Source: an uncultured candidate division Zixibacteria bacterium
GTDB lineage: Bacteria; Zixibacteria; MSB-5A5; GN15; FEB-12
Assembly: GCA_963735035.1 (NCBI GenBank)
Contig: CAVTJJ010000003.1
Location: forward strand, 704,001-768,000
DNA: 64,000 nucleotides
Direction of reading: 5' to 3'
In this document: one piece after another, positions 19,286 through 30,543 of the stretch
Layout: each line of letters starts with the position of its first letter
Numbering within the stretch: position 1 is the first letter of the stretch
Program-made: the position numbers and the translations under genes
Notes under the pieces: generated by a model
The model's input: only the letters and a program-made list of their open reading frames with translations
Told to the model about the DNA's origin: nothing
The model's database searches: none

Positions 19286-20871
19286 ATGTCAGACGATCAT
19301 CAACTATACAATCCGGATGACAGCGAAGTGATGCCCGAAGGCGAAGAAGCACCTCCGCCCTACACGCACACCATGGCTATAGTGCGCTGGGTACTCCTGG
19401 GTGCAATGACCCTGTTCGCGGTCGTTATGGTACTTCATTACTTCGGCGCCACCCCCTGGCAGAGCGCGTCCGCTCAGGCGACCCAGTACCACTGCCCGAT
19501 GCACCCCACTTATGTCAGCAACCAACCAGGCGAATGTCCAATATGCGGCATGAACCTTGTCCCGATCGACAAAGAGGGACATGAGATGGCCGCGAGCAAG
19601 GATACCGACGAGCATGGCGGGAATGCCGGGAATGGCAGAACCGGCCAAACCGAAAGCCAAACCAGGGCAGTACACCTGCCCGATGGACCCGGAGAGTAAT
19701 TTCGGACACCCCCGGCAAGTGCCCGATTTGTGGCATGAACCTTGAGCTTGTGCCCCCCGATACGACCACCACCGCTTCGACACCTGCCGCCCCATCGACC
19801 GCGATGCCGATGCCGAATCCATCCCCGGTGCCGGGACTCGTATCCGTGACAATCGAACCACAGCGACTGCAGTTAATCGGCGTGAAGACCGGCCCTGTCG
19901 AAATGCGCAAGATCGAAGGCGGAATCAAACTCGTGGGCTACGTCACGCCCGACGAAACGAAAGTCTCCAATCTGAATATCAGGGTCAGCGGCTGGGTTCA
20001 AAAGCTGTATGTCGACCAGACCGGCCAGTTGGTCTCAGAGGGTCAACCCTTGCTTTCAATATACAGTCAGGATTTATACCAGGCCCAGCAGGACTATCTG
20101 GTAGCGCTGGCGACGTCCGGGCAGATGACGGGTGACGCGGTTCTCGGATCGGCGCGAACGCAAATCGTCGATGCCGCTCGCGAGCGGCTGCGGCTTCTGG
20201 GCATACCCGACGAGGACGTCACCACTCTCGTAGCCGACGGCAAAGCAAGTTCAGAACTGACTCTTCGCAGCCAGTTCACCGGCATCGTCCTCAATAAGAA
20301 TGTCAACCAGGGGCAATTTGTCGGCCCGGGTCAGGACTTGTTTACTATCGCCGATCTCCGAAAAGTGTGGGTCCTCGCCGACGTCTACGAGAAAGACCTT
20401 TCGCAGATTCGTGTCGGGCAGGAAGTCACCGTGACCGCATCGGGAGTCGATGAAGAATTTCAGGGCACCGTGCAATTCATCTATCCCACCGTAGCCGAGC
20501 AGACGCGCACGGCCAAGCTGCGCATCGAACTGTCGAACCCACAGATGAAACTTCGCCCCGGCATGTACGCCGACGTTCGACTCACCGACGACAGCAAGCC
20601 AGTTCTGGCGATGCCGTTCGACGCCTTGATGGACGGCGGCGAGACGCGGTACGCCTTTGTCGTACACAACGGAACTCACTTCGAGCCACGATTGCTCAAC
20701 ATCGGCCGTCGCTCTGACGAATGGGTCGAAGTGCTCTCGGGACTTTCGGCCGGTGAGGTCGTGGTCACCAGCGCCAATTTCCTAATTGATTCCGAGAGTC
20801 GGCTGAAAGCCGCTATATCAGGGATGGGAAGCACTGAACCCAACGCCCATGCCGGCCACAGTGGCATGTAG
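19286..20871 (+). CDS. cusB: CusB-like RND adaptor with two heavy-metal-binding domains; two frameshifts (about 19607 and 19695)
   Basis: TM helix, then YHCPMHP...CPICGMNL. A second motif [24 protein letters not shown] is restored by removing two extra bases. Then the membrane-fusion domain (LRPGMYA, SANFLIDSES). Confidence 0.85.
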
Positions 20872-20888
20872 GAGATGAGAAGATCGAT

Positions 20889-23800
20889 ATGATAAGCGCC
20901 CTGATAGATTTCTGCGCCCGAAACAAGGCGGTAGTGTTCATAGCGACCGTCTTCGCGATTCTGGGCGCATGGTACTCGATCCACAACATCGCCCTCGATG
21001 CGATCCCCGATCTGTCCGACACCCAGGTGATTCTCTACACCGAGTGGATGGGACGCGGTCCCGATCTGGTGGAGGATCAGATCACCTACCCGATGGTGTC
21101 CGCTCTGCTGTCGGCCCCGAAAGTAACCGCCGTGCGCGGGTATTCCATGTTCGGCATGTCGTTCGTATACGTCATCTTCGAAGACGGCACCGACATCTAC
21201 TGGGCCCGCAGCCGGGTGATGGAGTACATGAAGCAGTTCGAGTCCAAGCTGCCGACCGGAATCACTCCAATTATCGGACCTGACGCCACTTCGGTCGGAT
21301 GGGTGTTCCAGTACGCCCTGGTAGACAAGACCGGCAAGCATGACCTGGCTGATCTACGGACGTTTCAGGACTTCAATCTCCGTTATGCACTCTCGGCGGT
21401 CTCGGGAGTCGCCGAGGTAGCCTCAATCGGCGGGTATCAGAAACAATACCAGGTAGAAATCGACCCGACCAAGCTACAGGCGTATGGACTGTCCATAGGC
21501 GATGTTACCCGCGCCATCCGTGCAAGCAACAACGATGTCGGCGGACGCGTTCTCGAGATGTCCGGTCGCGAGTACTACGTCCGCGGACGGGGTTATATCA
21601 AAGATCTCGAAGCCCTGCGGCAAATCTCACTCGGCCGTAGTCCGACCGGCACACCGATCCTGCTCGACAATGTCGCCACTCTCAGTTTCGGCCCGGATAT
21701 CCGTCGCGGCCTGGGCGAGCTGGACGGCATCGGCGAGGCGGTCGGCGGCATCGTGGTCATGCGTTTCGGCGAAAACGCGCTGGATGTAATCGAGCGGGTT
21801 AAACAGAAGATCCAGGAACTTCAGCCCTCGTTTCCGGAAGGTGTCGAGCTCAAGATCGTCTATGATCGCAGCAATCTGATCGACCGGGCCATCCACACCC
21901 TGAAGCACAGCTTAATCGAGGAAGGCATCGTGGTCGCAGCGGTCATTATCATCTTCCTGATGCATTTCGGAAGTTCTCTGGTGCCGATTATAGTCCTGCC
22001 CATCGCGGTCGCACTGGCTTTCATCCCCATGTACTTCTTTGGCATCAATTCCAACATCATGAGCCTGGGAGGTATTGCCATCGCCATCGGCGCAATGGTC
22101 GACGCCACTATTGTACTGGTGGAGAACGCCCATAAACGTCTTGAGAAAGCCCCGCCGGCGCCAGTCGCTCTGAAGTTATCATCGCCGCCGCGAAAGAGGT
22201 CGGCCCCGCTATCTTTTTCGCACAGTTGATCATTACGGTAGGCTTCCTGCCGATTTTCGCCCTCACCGGTCAGGCGGGCAAACTCTTCACACCGCTGGCC
22301 TTCACCAAGACGTTCGCCATGTTCTTCTCGGCCGTCGCGGCGATGACTATCGCTCCGGCCCTTATGATGTTGTTCATGCGCGGCAAAGTTCATCCGGAGT
22401 CCAAGCATCCGGTCTCGAAGCTGCTTATCGCGGTGTACAAACCATTTGTTTACGTGGCTCTCCGTAATCCGAGAACGACCATTGCCATCGGCATTATGGC
22501 GATCATTTCGGCCATTCCAATGATCCCCAAGATCGGCTCCGAGTTCATGCCGCCGCTCAACGAAGGGGACATTCTCTACATGCCGACCACTTTCCCGAAT
22601 ATTGCTATCGAGCAAGCCAAACAGTACATGCAGTACCAGGATCGCGTGATCAAATCTTTCCCCGAAGTGATCTCGGTCTACGGCAAAGCCGGTCGTGCCG
22701 AAACCCCTACCGATCCGGCCCCGCTCAGCATGCTTGAAACAGTCGTGCAGTTGAAACCGCGCGAGGAATGGCGCAAGGTGCCGCAGGAGCGCTGGTACTC
22801 TTCATGGGCGCCGGAATTCATGAAGAAGGCTCTTCGCCCCATTTGGCCGGAAGAACGCATCATCGATTGGAAAGAACTGATCGCGGAATTTGACAAGGCG
22901 ATGCAAATGCCGGGCTGGACCAACGCCTGGACCATGCCTATCAAAACTAGAATCGACATGCTCTCGACCGGTATCCGCACCCCTATCGGCGTCAAAATTT
23001 TCGGAACGAGTCTCGATGAAATCGAACGGATCGGTCAGGAGCTCGAAAAGTCGCTGTCGAAACTTCCCGGTACCCGCTCGGTGTACTCCGATCGCAACAC
23101 CGGCGGGTTCTTTATTGATATCATCCCGGACCGCGAGGCGATAGCCCGCTACGGCCTCACCATGCAGGATGTGAATGACGTCATCGAGGCGGCTATCGGC
23201 GGCATGCCGGTGAGCGTCACGGTCGAAGGCCGCAACCGCTTCTCGGTCAACGTTCGCTATCCCCGCGAACTGCGCCAGAATGTCGACCGACTGAAAGAGA
23301 TCCTCATTCCTCTACCCGCCTCTGCAGGCGACAAATCCAGCAGTGGAATGCCTACCATGGGCGCCCTGCCAACGTTCACCGAACCGCCGCTCCTGGCCTC
23401 GAATGACCCTATAGTCGATTACCAGGCTTTGGCAAAGACTGTACAATTCGCCCAGATGGGCAACATGCCCGCCGGCGGCGGAAGTATTGACCGCCCCTTC
23501 CCCGGCGCCGGAATGAGTTCAGGCCAGATGGCGCCGAGCAAGATGCCGGCCAATGCCGCGGGCATGTCCGGATCATCGAGCACGCCAACTTTCAAGCTCC
23601 CGGAAGGCCGTGCGAGCATTCCGCTGGGCCAGATTGCCGAAGTCAAAATAGTCGGTGGACCGCCGATGATTCGCGATGAAAACGGCATGCTGGTCGGCTA
23701 TGTCTATGTCGACATGGATCAAACCAAGCGCGACATCGGCGGCTATGTGGACGAAGCCAAGAAGACGGTCGCAGCCGAAATTTCGATACCGGCCGGGTAT

Positions 23801-24391
23801 TATCTGAAATGGACCGGTCAGTACGAACTGCTTGAAGCGATGGCCAAGCGCATGAAGATCGTAATTCCGATCACGCTGATTCTGGTCGTCATACTCCTGT
23901 ACCTGAACTTCCGCAACGTGACCGAAACCTTGATCGTGCTCGCCTCGGTACCGTTTGCTCTCGTGGGCAGTATCTGGCTGATGTACTTCCTGGGGTACAA
24001 CTACTCCACCGCGACCCTGGTGGGCATTATTGCACTGGTAGGATTGGCAACCCAGACCGGCATTGTAATGGTGCTATATCTCGATCACGCCTATGAACGG
24101 CGCAAGAAGGCCGGCAAGATTCGTGATCTCAACGATATTATCTGGGCGCACATGGAAGGTACTGTGATGCGCGTCCGACCCAAGCTCATGACGGTGACTA
24201 CTACGGCCGTCGGCCTGATACCGCTCCTTTGGGCTTCTGGAACGGGCGCAGACGTCATGAAGAGAATCGCGGCGCCGATGGTCGGCGGGCTGATTACGTC
24301 TACCTTCCTGACGCTTGAGATTATCCCGGTGGTCTACACTTACTGGCGACTCTGGCAAATTAGGCGGGAGAAGCTCCAATCCCAGCATTAG
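20889..24391 (+). CDS. cusA: CusA/SilA-family heavy-metal RND permease; frameshift near 22157
   Basis: LDAIPDLSDTQV, NIMSLGGIAIAIGAMVD, EFMPPLNEG, RIDMLSTG and MKRIAAPMVGG. Adding one G at CCGCCGGCG joins the two ORFs. Confidence 0.92.
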
Positions 24392-24488
24392 TATTTGACA
24401 ATCCGACGACATGTCAGCAAGTTACGCTCTACGGCAGGAAAGCGACAATCCAAGCGAGAAAGCGACCTGCCGAGACTGATAGGCCGCT

Positions 24489-25199
24489 ATGTCTGACAAA
24501 ACCGTTCTGGTCATAGAAGACGATAACGACATTCGTGAACTCATCACGTACAATCTAGTTCGTGAGGGATACCAGGTTTTGGAATCGTCTGACGGAGAAG
24601 ACGGTCTGTCCAAGGCCAAATCGAAGCCGTGTGACTTGATACTTCTTGATCTGATGCTGCCCGGCGTTAGCGGCCTTGAAATCTGCAAGAACCTGAGAGC
24701 CGCTCCAAAAACGGCCAACATTCCCATTATCATGGTCACAGCCAAGGGCGAGGAAGCGGACATAGTCGTTGGTCTAGAACTTGGAGCTGATGACTATGTC
24801 GTCAAACCGTTCAGCCCGAAAGTGCTCATGTCCCGAGTGCGAGCGGTGCTCAGGCGACAGCGTACTAGCACCGACGCTACATCAGGAGCACCCATCAAGT
24901 TCGACAATCTCGAAATCCACTCCGGAAAACGCGAAGTCCTGATCGATAGTAAACCGATTGATCTGACCTACACCGAGTTTCAGATTCTATATTTTCTTGC
25001 TTCGCGACCCGGCTGGGTCTTCACCCGGTATCAGATTGTCGATGCGGCCAAAGGTGAAGGTTACCCGGTAACCGACCGGGCCGTCGATGTACATATCGTC
25101 AGCCTGCGCAAGAAGCTGGGAGCGTGTGGCAAGTATATCGAAACGATACGCGGTGTCGGCTACCGCTTCGCCGAACAGATACCCGAGGCCGAGGAATAA
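24489..25199 (+). CDS. phoB: Phosphate regulon response regulator
   Basis: OmpR-family receiver plus winged helix (ETIRGVGY), upstream of the pst genes. Confidence 0.85.
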   Translation: MSDKTVLVIEDDNDIRELITYNLVREGYQVLESSDGEDGLSKAKSKPCDLILLDLMLPGVSGLEICKNLRAAPKTANIPIIMVTAKGEEADIVVGLELGADDYVVKPFSPKVLMSRVRAVLRRQRTSTDATSGAPIKFDNLEIHSGKREVLIDSKPIDLTYTEFQILYFLASRPGWVFTRYQIVDAAKGEGYPVTDRAVDVHIVSLRKKLGACGKYIETIRGVGYRFAEQIPEAEE

Positions 25200-25202
25200 A
25201 CT

Positions 25203-26990
25203 GTGGCTAAGCGCCCCCTGTTCTGGCAACTCTTCCCCTCATATCTGGCGGTTCTATTCCTTGCCCTCGCTGCGGCGAGTTGGTTTGTGGTGCATTCCAT
25301 AAAGGACTTCTATCTCAGCCACACGGCTCAGGAACTTGAGGCTCGCGCTGTGCTATTGCGGGAGCAACTCGCAGGTTACAGCTTCGACTCCGAACCTACC
25401 AAGATTGACAGCCTGTGTAAGCGGCTCGGCCGCGAGAGCGGGACACGTATTACGGTGATGTTGCCTTCGGGAACAGTCATCGGCGATAGTGACGACAACC
25501 CACCTACCATGGAGAATCACGCCAATCGACCCGAATTTCAAGATGCCCTGAACGGCCGCACCGGAGTTGCTACTCGCTTCAGTCACACTCTGCAAAAGAC
25601 CATGATGTACGCGGCGATTCCAATTAAATCAAATGGCCAGCTAAGAGGCATCATACGAACATCCATGCCCATCAACGAAATTGAGCACACCTTCGGCTCC
25701 ATCTATACCAAGTTGAGCGGTGGACTTCTCTTGATCGCTCTGCTTGCCGCATTTGTCAGTCTGTTCATTTCGCGCCAGCTTGCCCAGCCGCTGGTTAAGA
25801 TGCGACTGGCCGCAGAGCGCTTTGCCGTGGGTGATTTCAGTCACCACCTCCCGGCGGGAACCAGCCAGGAAACCGATCAACTGGCCCGGACCATGAATGA
25901 AATGGCGGCCCAGCTCGACGATAAGATTCGAGCCATCACCGACCAGAGAAACGAACGTGACGCCGTCCTGTCGAGCATGGTGGAAGGCGTGATTGCGGTC
26001 GATACGAACGAACGTGTCATCAGTCTTAACCGTGCCGCCACTCAGATGCTGGATGTTGAATCGCATACGGTGGTCGGCCGCTATCTTCAGGAGGCTTTCC
26101 GAGTCGCCGATCTGCAGCAATTCGTGGCAACAATTCTCCGTACTCAATCAACCCAGGAAAGCCAGTTCAGCCTTCAGGGATCGAGTACCCGGATAGTGCA
26201 GGCTCTCGGCGCGCCCCTAAAAGGTGATTCGGGTCAGAACCTGGGAGCGGTGGTAGTGCTGCACGACATAACCCGGCTGCACCAACTCGAAGTCGTTCGT
26301 CGTGATTTTGTCGCCAATGTTTCCCACGAACTCCGCACCCCGATTACTTCGATCAAGGGATTCGTGGAGACTCTTCGCGATGGTGCTATGGCAGACACCG
26401 AGCAAGCAACCCGATTCCTGGACATAATCTCTCGCCAGACCGACCGCCTCAATTCTATAATCACCGACTTGCTCACTCTGTCCGAGTTGGAGCAATCCTC
26501 ACGAGGCGCCATCGGCCTTCAGCCCTCCGATCTCAAGGCCCTTCTGGAAGGAGCCATCGAGTTGGTGCGTCCGAAAGCGGAGACGGCGAGAATCAACATC
26601 TCACTACAATGCAACCCCTCTCTTGAAATCACGGTCAATCCCCCCCTCATGGAGCAGGCCATCGCCAATCTGCTGGACAACGCCATCAAGTACAGCAACG
26701 CCGGTGAAGCAATCGAAGTAACCGCCCAGATTGCCAATCAGCGGGTCTCGATAAGTGTCCGTGACCACGGTTGTGGTATCGAACGAACGCACCTGCCGCG
26801 CCTGTTCGAACGATTCTATGTGGTCGATCGGGCCCGCAGCCGCGAACTCGGCGGCACAGGGCTGGGTCTCTCGATTGTTAAGCATATCGTTTCGGTTCAC
26901 GGCGGCGAGGTTACAGTCGAGAGCACCCCCGACAAAGGCAGTATCTTTACTATCAGCCTGCCTTACTCTCCGACCAACATTAATCTCTAA
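25203..26990 (+). CDS. phoR: Phosphate regulon sensor kinase (HAMP-PAS-HisKA-HATPase)
   Basis: ENHANRPE, RRDFVANVSHELRTPITSIKG and FERFYVVDRARSRELGGTGLGL. Confidence 0.9.
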   Translation: MAKRPLFWQLFPSYLAVLFLALAAASWFVVHSIKDFYLSHTAQELEARAVLLREQLAGYSFDSEPTKIDSLCKRLGRESGTRITVMLPSGTVIGDSDDNPPTMENHANRPEFQDALNGRTGVATRFSHTLQKTMMYAAIPIKSNGQLRGIIRTSMPINEIEHTFGSIYTKLSGGLLLIALLAAFVSLFISRQLAQPLVKMRLAAERFAVGDFSHHLPAGTSQETDQLARTMNEMAAQLDDKIRAITDQRNERDAVLSSMVEGVIAVDTNERVISLNRAATQMLDVESHTVVGRYLQEAFRVADLQQFVATILRTQSTQESQFSLQGSSTRIVQALGAPLKGDSGQNLGAVVVLHDITRLHQLEVVRRDFVANVSHELRTPITSIKGFVETLRDGAMADTEQATRFLDIISRQTDRLNSIITDLLTLSELEQSSRGAIGLQPSDLKALLEGAIELVRPKAETARINISLQCNPSLEITVNPPLMEQAIANLLDNAIKYSNAGEAIEVTAQIANQRVSISVRDHGCGIERTHLPRLFERFYVVDRARSRELGGTGLGLSIVKHIVSVHGGEVTVESTPDKGSIFTISLPYSPTNINL

Positions 26991-27068
26991 CGCCATACCC
27001 GGCATCTAACTACAGCAGCGAGGGCCCTTCTTCCCTTTCTTCGGGGAATAAGACGGGTATACCTATTT

Positions 27069-27096
27069 CTAACTAGTCCTTAACAGAATCTTAACA
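27069..27096 (+). promoter_or_regulatory. Pho box upstream of the porin-pstS unit
   Basis: CTAACT, TTAACA and TTAACA at 11-bp periodicity (27069, 27080, 27091). Confidence 0.7.
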
Positions 27097-27187
27097 GGCC
27101 CCCGGTTTATAGGGGCATCTGAGTGAACGTATTCCCGCGTGACTCGGCAGGAACTTGGCAGGAATCTGGGAAGAGAAAGGAACTATA

Positions 27188-28429
27188 ATGAGAAAGGCGC
27201 TAATCGTAGCCCTGGTAATTGCAGCAACGGCAGCCGGTCGTGGGGCGGGCCAGTCATCGAGCGACAGCACTTTGACTCCACAGGAAATCAGCGACCGCCT
27301 TGCCGGCATAAACGAAAACCTGAACACGCTGAACGGTGATGTCGCCATCCTCAAAAGCCTCAAAGCCAGCGGCTATCTCCAGGCCCGATACGAGTACAAT
27401 GATACCTCGCAGACCGGCGACCTGGTCAACGGAACGGTCGTTAATCGAAACGCCAACAATTTCTATATCCGCCGCGGCCGGATCAAATTCACTTTCCAGC
27501 CCGCCCAGTCGAGCAAATACGTGATTTACTTCGACGCCTCCAAGAATAGCATCTCTATGAAAGAAGCTTATCTGGAACTCTACCGCTCGTTCGATAAGCA
27601 CAATTTCGCCTTTACGGCCGGCCAGTTCAACATTCCGTTTGGATACGAGATCGAGTACTCGTCCTCAAAGCGTGACTTCCCCGAACGAAGCATGGCCGAG
27701 AACAAACTGTTTCCCGGCGAGCGCGATCGCGGGATCAATCTTACCTACACTGCCCCCAAGTACTTGCAGTTGAATGCGGGAGTACTTCAGGGGAACGGAA
27801 TTGACGGCGCCTGGAATACACCAAGGAAAGCCAAAGATGTGGTAGCACGCGCTAAGGCCAAGTTCGGCTTTATCGATGTCGGCATGTCCGGCTACTGGGG
27901 AAAATCTTACGTCGCCAGCACCGCCGCCGTCGTGGGTTCGAGTTCCTGGTACGACGCTAACAAGAACAACCAGATAGATTCGGGCGAAGTCAAGACCACT
28001 TCCCCCAAAGCGGCCGTTCAAGGATCGACCTGGGACAAGGACCGCTACGGGCTCGACGCCCAGGCGTATCTCGACCTGCTTCCGATCGGCAGCACAGGCC
28101 TTCGAGGCGAATTCTACCTGGCCAGAGATTACAATAAAGACATCAAGAATGTAGCCCATGAGCAGGGCTGGTATCTTTGGCTATCACAGAATCTCGGCAA
28201 GAAATTCGGCGCTGCCGCTCGCTACGATTACTGGAGCCCGAATACCCGCCTGGCCAACAACGCCACCGGCACCTGGTCGTTTGCGACTAGCTACTTCTAC
28301 GACGGCAACGTCCGTATCACCCTTGGGTACGATATTCCCAAGTTGCTGAAAGGGAAATCTACCTTCTCCAAGTCGGAAAAGGATCGCAAGGACAACCGGC
28401 TCACCCTTCAATTCCAATACACGATATAG
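27188..28429 (+). CDS. Phosphate-selective porin (OprO/OprP-like)
   Basis: Signal peptide, short coiled coil, FYIRRGRIKF, GQFNIPFGYE, RDRG and terminal beta-strand LQFQYTI. Lies between phoR and pstS. Confidence 0.8.
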   Translation: MRKALIVALVIAATAAGRGAGQSSSDSTLTPQEISDRLAGINENLNTLNGDVAILKSLKASGYLQARYEYNDTSQTGDLVNGTVVNRNANNFYIRRGRIKFTFQPAQSSKYVIYFDASKNSISMKEAYLELYRSFDKHNFAFTAGQFNIPFGYEIEYSSSKRDFPERSMAENKLFPGERDRGINLTYTAPKYLQLNAGVLQGNGIDGAWNTPRKAKDVVARAKAKFGFIDVGMSGYWGKSYVASTAAVVGSSSWYDANKNNQIDSGEVKTTSPKAAVQGSTWDKDRYGLDAQAYLDLLPIGSTGLRGEFYLARDYNKDIKNVAHEQGWYLWLSQNLGKKFGAAARYDYWSPNTRLANNATGTWSFATSYFYDGNVRITLGYDIPKLLKGKSTFSKSEKDRKDNRLTLQFQYTI

Positions 28430-28460
28430 ATAAGACCAATAGGCGTAAGGAGCCCAAAAT

Positions 28461-29324
28461 ATGAAAAACGAAAAATTGACAAAGAAGCTGCTTACGGTTC
28501 TTGTGTATGGAACCGTGGCCCTGACCATCGCCCTCTGTCTATGCGACGCTGTTTTTGCCGCACAGACTGTTACGGTCAAAGGATCGGATACTATGCTCCT
28601 CCTGGGGCAGAGATGGTCCGAAGTTTTTATGAGCAAGAACCCGAATGTGTCGATCCAGGTAATGGGCGGTGGATCTGGTGTCGGGATCGCCGCTCTAATC
28701 AATGGTTCGACCGACATTTGCGAAGCCTCTCGTTCGATGAAGCCCAGCGAAGTCGACAAACTGAAGGAACGGTTCAACAGCCCCGGAGTGGAAATTCCGG
28801 TAGCTCGTGACGGACTCTCGGTATACGTCAGTGAAGCCAACACCGTAACTGAACTTACAATCGACCAATTGAAGCAGATCTACCTCGGCAAGATTACTAA
28901 TTGGAAAGACGTCGGCGGATCGGATGCGCGGATCATTATGTACGGACGTGAGAACAGCTCCGGCACTTACGCCTTCTTCAAGGAAAACGTTCTGGCCAAC
29001 AAAGACTTCGCCCCCCAGGTGCAGGGTCTGCCGGGGACTGCGGCCGTCGTGAATGCTGTCGCCAAAGATAACTCCGGAATCGGCTACGGCGGCGCCGCCT
29101 ACGCCAAAGGGGTAAGACTCCTCAAGCTCAAGAAGGACGATAAGAGCCCGGCCTATGAGCCATCGCTCGAAAACGTCAAGAGCGGTCAGTACCCGTTGTC
29201 GCGACACTTGTTCTGGTACCTGCGGAACAAGCCGACCGGCGATCTGAAGAAGCTGGTCGATTTTGTCCTCTCCCCTGAAGGACAGGAGATTGTTACCAAG
29301 GTCGGGTATTTCCCGGTCAACTAA
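28461..29324 (+). CDS. pstS: Phosphate ABC transporter substrate-binding protein
   Basis: KGSDTM, GGGSGVG, ASR, GRENSSGT and YPLSR. Confidence 0.95.
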   Translation: MKNEKLTKKLLTVLVYGTVALTIALCLCDAVFAAQTVTVKGSDTMLLLGQRWSEVFMSKNPNVSIQVMGGGSGVGIAALINGSTDICEASRSMKPSEVDKLKERFNSPGVEIPVARDGLSVYVSEANTVTELTIDQLKQIYLGKITNWKDVGGSDARIIMYGRENSSGTYAFFKENVLANKDFAPQVQGLPGTAAVVNAVAKDNSGIGYGGAAYAKGVRLLKLKKDDKSPAYEPSLENVKSGQYPLSRHLFWYLRNKPTGDLKKLVDFVLSPEGQEIVTKVGYFPVN

Positions 29325-29335
29325 CCAGGGTTTTC

Positions 29336-29362
29336 GGAGGGGAGCACTGCTCCCCTCCTTTC
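29336..29362 (+). terminator. Hairpin after pstS (terminator or mRNA stabiliser)
   Basis: GGAGGGGAGC-ACT-GCTCCCCTCC followed by TTTC. Confidence 0.7.
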
Positions 29363-29403
29363 ATTCCACCGCCCCATCTCTCGGGCGGCCAATTTTATGT
29401 TTT

Positions 29404-29421
29404 CTTAACCAAATCTTAACA
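29404..29421 (+). promoter_or_regulatory. Pho box upstream of pstC
   Basis: CTTAACC-AAAT-CTTAACA, 11-bp direct repeat matching the box at 27079. Confidence 0.7.
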
Positions 29422-29583
29422 TTACGAAGGTAGATAATTGAAGTATATGAAGACGATACGGATTCTGAGAAGGCAACTCCCGACCGGTGGTGGGCAATCG
29501 AGAGTCAGAAGATTGCTGCACAAATCAATTACTTCCCGCCGGCGCTGGACTATACGGAGAAGCGTGCGCTAAAGTAGGCAGCC

Positions 29584-30543
29584 ATGCAAGCATATCGATT
29601 CAAGCCCAAATCGAGAGTCCGAGAGTTTGTTGGTGAGAAGATCATCCAACTGTCGGCTTTTGCCGCCTTGCTTGGCATCGTCCTGATATTCATTTTTGTC
29701 TTCAAGGAATCGCTGCCCATCTTCACCGATCCTACAGTACGCTCTGAAGCGAGTGTCGACAAGCTCGTATTCAAACAACAGTTCTACGATGACCAGGAAC
29801 CGAACTGGGCCTGGCAGCCGACCTCGGACTCCCCAAAATATTCGATAATGCCGCTGGTTGTCGGCACACTCAAAGCGGCCCTCATAGCCATGCTTCTTGC
29901 CGCGCCGCTTGGTATAGCAGCCGCCGTGTATACATCGGAGTTCGCCTCCAAACGCGCCCGTGAATGGATCAAACCGACTATCGAACTTCTCGCCGGAATC
30001 CCCTCGGTCGTGCTTGGTTTCTTCGCGCTGATCGTACTCGCATCGATGCTTCAGAAAATGTTTGACCTGACCTACCGCCTGAATGCCCTTAACGCCGGAA
30101 TTGCGCTCGGCATCACGATTATCCCGGTGATCTTTACCATCGCCGAAGACGCCATGTCTTCGGTGCCAGGGACGCTTCGGGACGCCGCTACCGCGCTCGG
30201 CGCCAACAAGTGGCAGGTAGCCACTACAATGGTTCTTCCCGCGGCACTTCCAGGCATCGCCGCCGGAGTCGTGCTCGGTTTCGGACGGGCCATCGGCGAG
30301 ACGATGATTGTGCTTATGGCTTCGGGTAACGCCGCATTGTTGTCGGCGAATCCAGCCGAGTCGGTACGGACGATGTCGGCGACGATAGCGGCTGAGTTGG
30401 CTGAGGTTGTATTTGGAGGGGCTCATTACAGTGTGCTATTCTTCATCGGCACCCTTCTCTTCGTATTCACGTTCCTTATCAACCTGGGCGGCGACATGGT
30501 GCTGACCAAGCTCAAAGAGCGGATTCAGGGAAGGAGCGCCTGA
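29584..30543 (+). CDS. pstC: Phosphate ABC transporter permease
   Basis: IELLAGIPSVVLG and GRAIGETM. Confidence 0.95.
   Translation: MQAYRFKPKSRVREFVGEKIIQLSAFAALLGIVLIFIFVFKESLPIFTDPTVRSEASVDKLVFKQQFYDDQEPNWAWQPTSDSPKYSIMPLVVGTLKAALIAMLLAAPLGIAAAVYTSEFASKRAREWIKPTIELLAGIPSVVLGFFALIVLASMLQKMFDLTYRLNALNAGIALGITIIPVIFTIAEDAMSSVPGTLRDAATALGANKWQVATTMVLPAALPGIAAGVVLGFGRAIGETMIVLMASGNAALLSANPAESVRTMSATIAAELAEVVFGGAHYSVLFFIGTLLFVFTFLINLGGDMVLTKLKERIQGRSA

Noticed and set aside
29447..29577. Small ORF between pstS and pstC
   Set aside because: About 41 codons with no recognisable motif. It lies in the probable pstC leader just after a Pho box.
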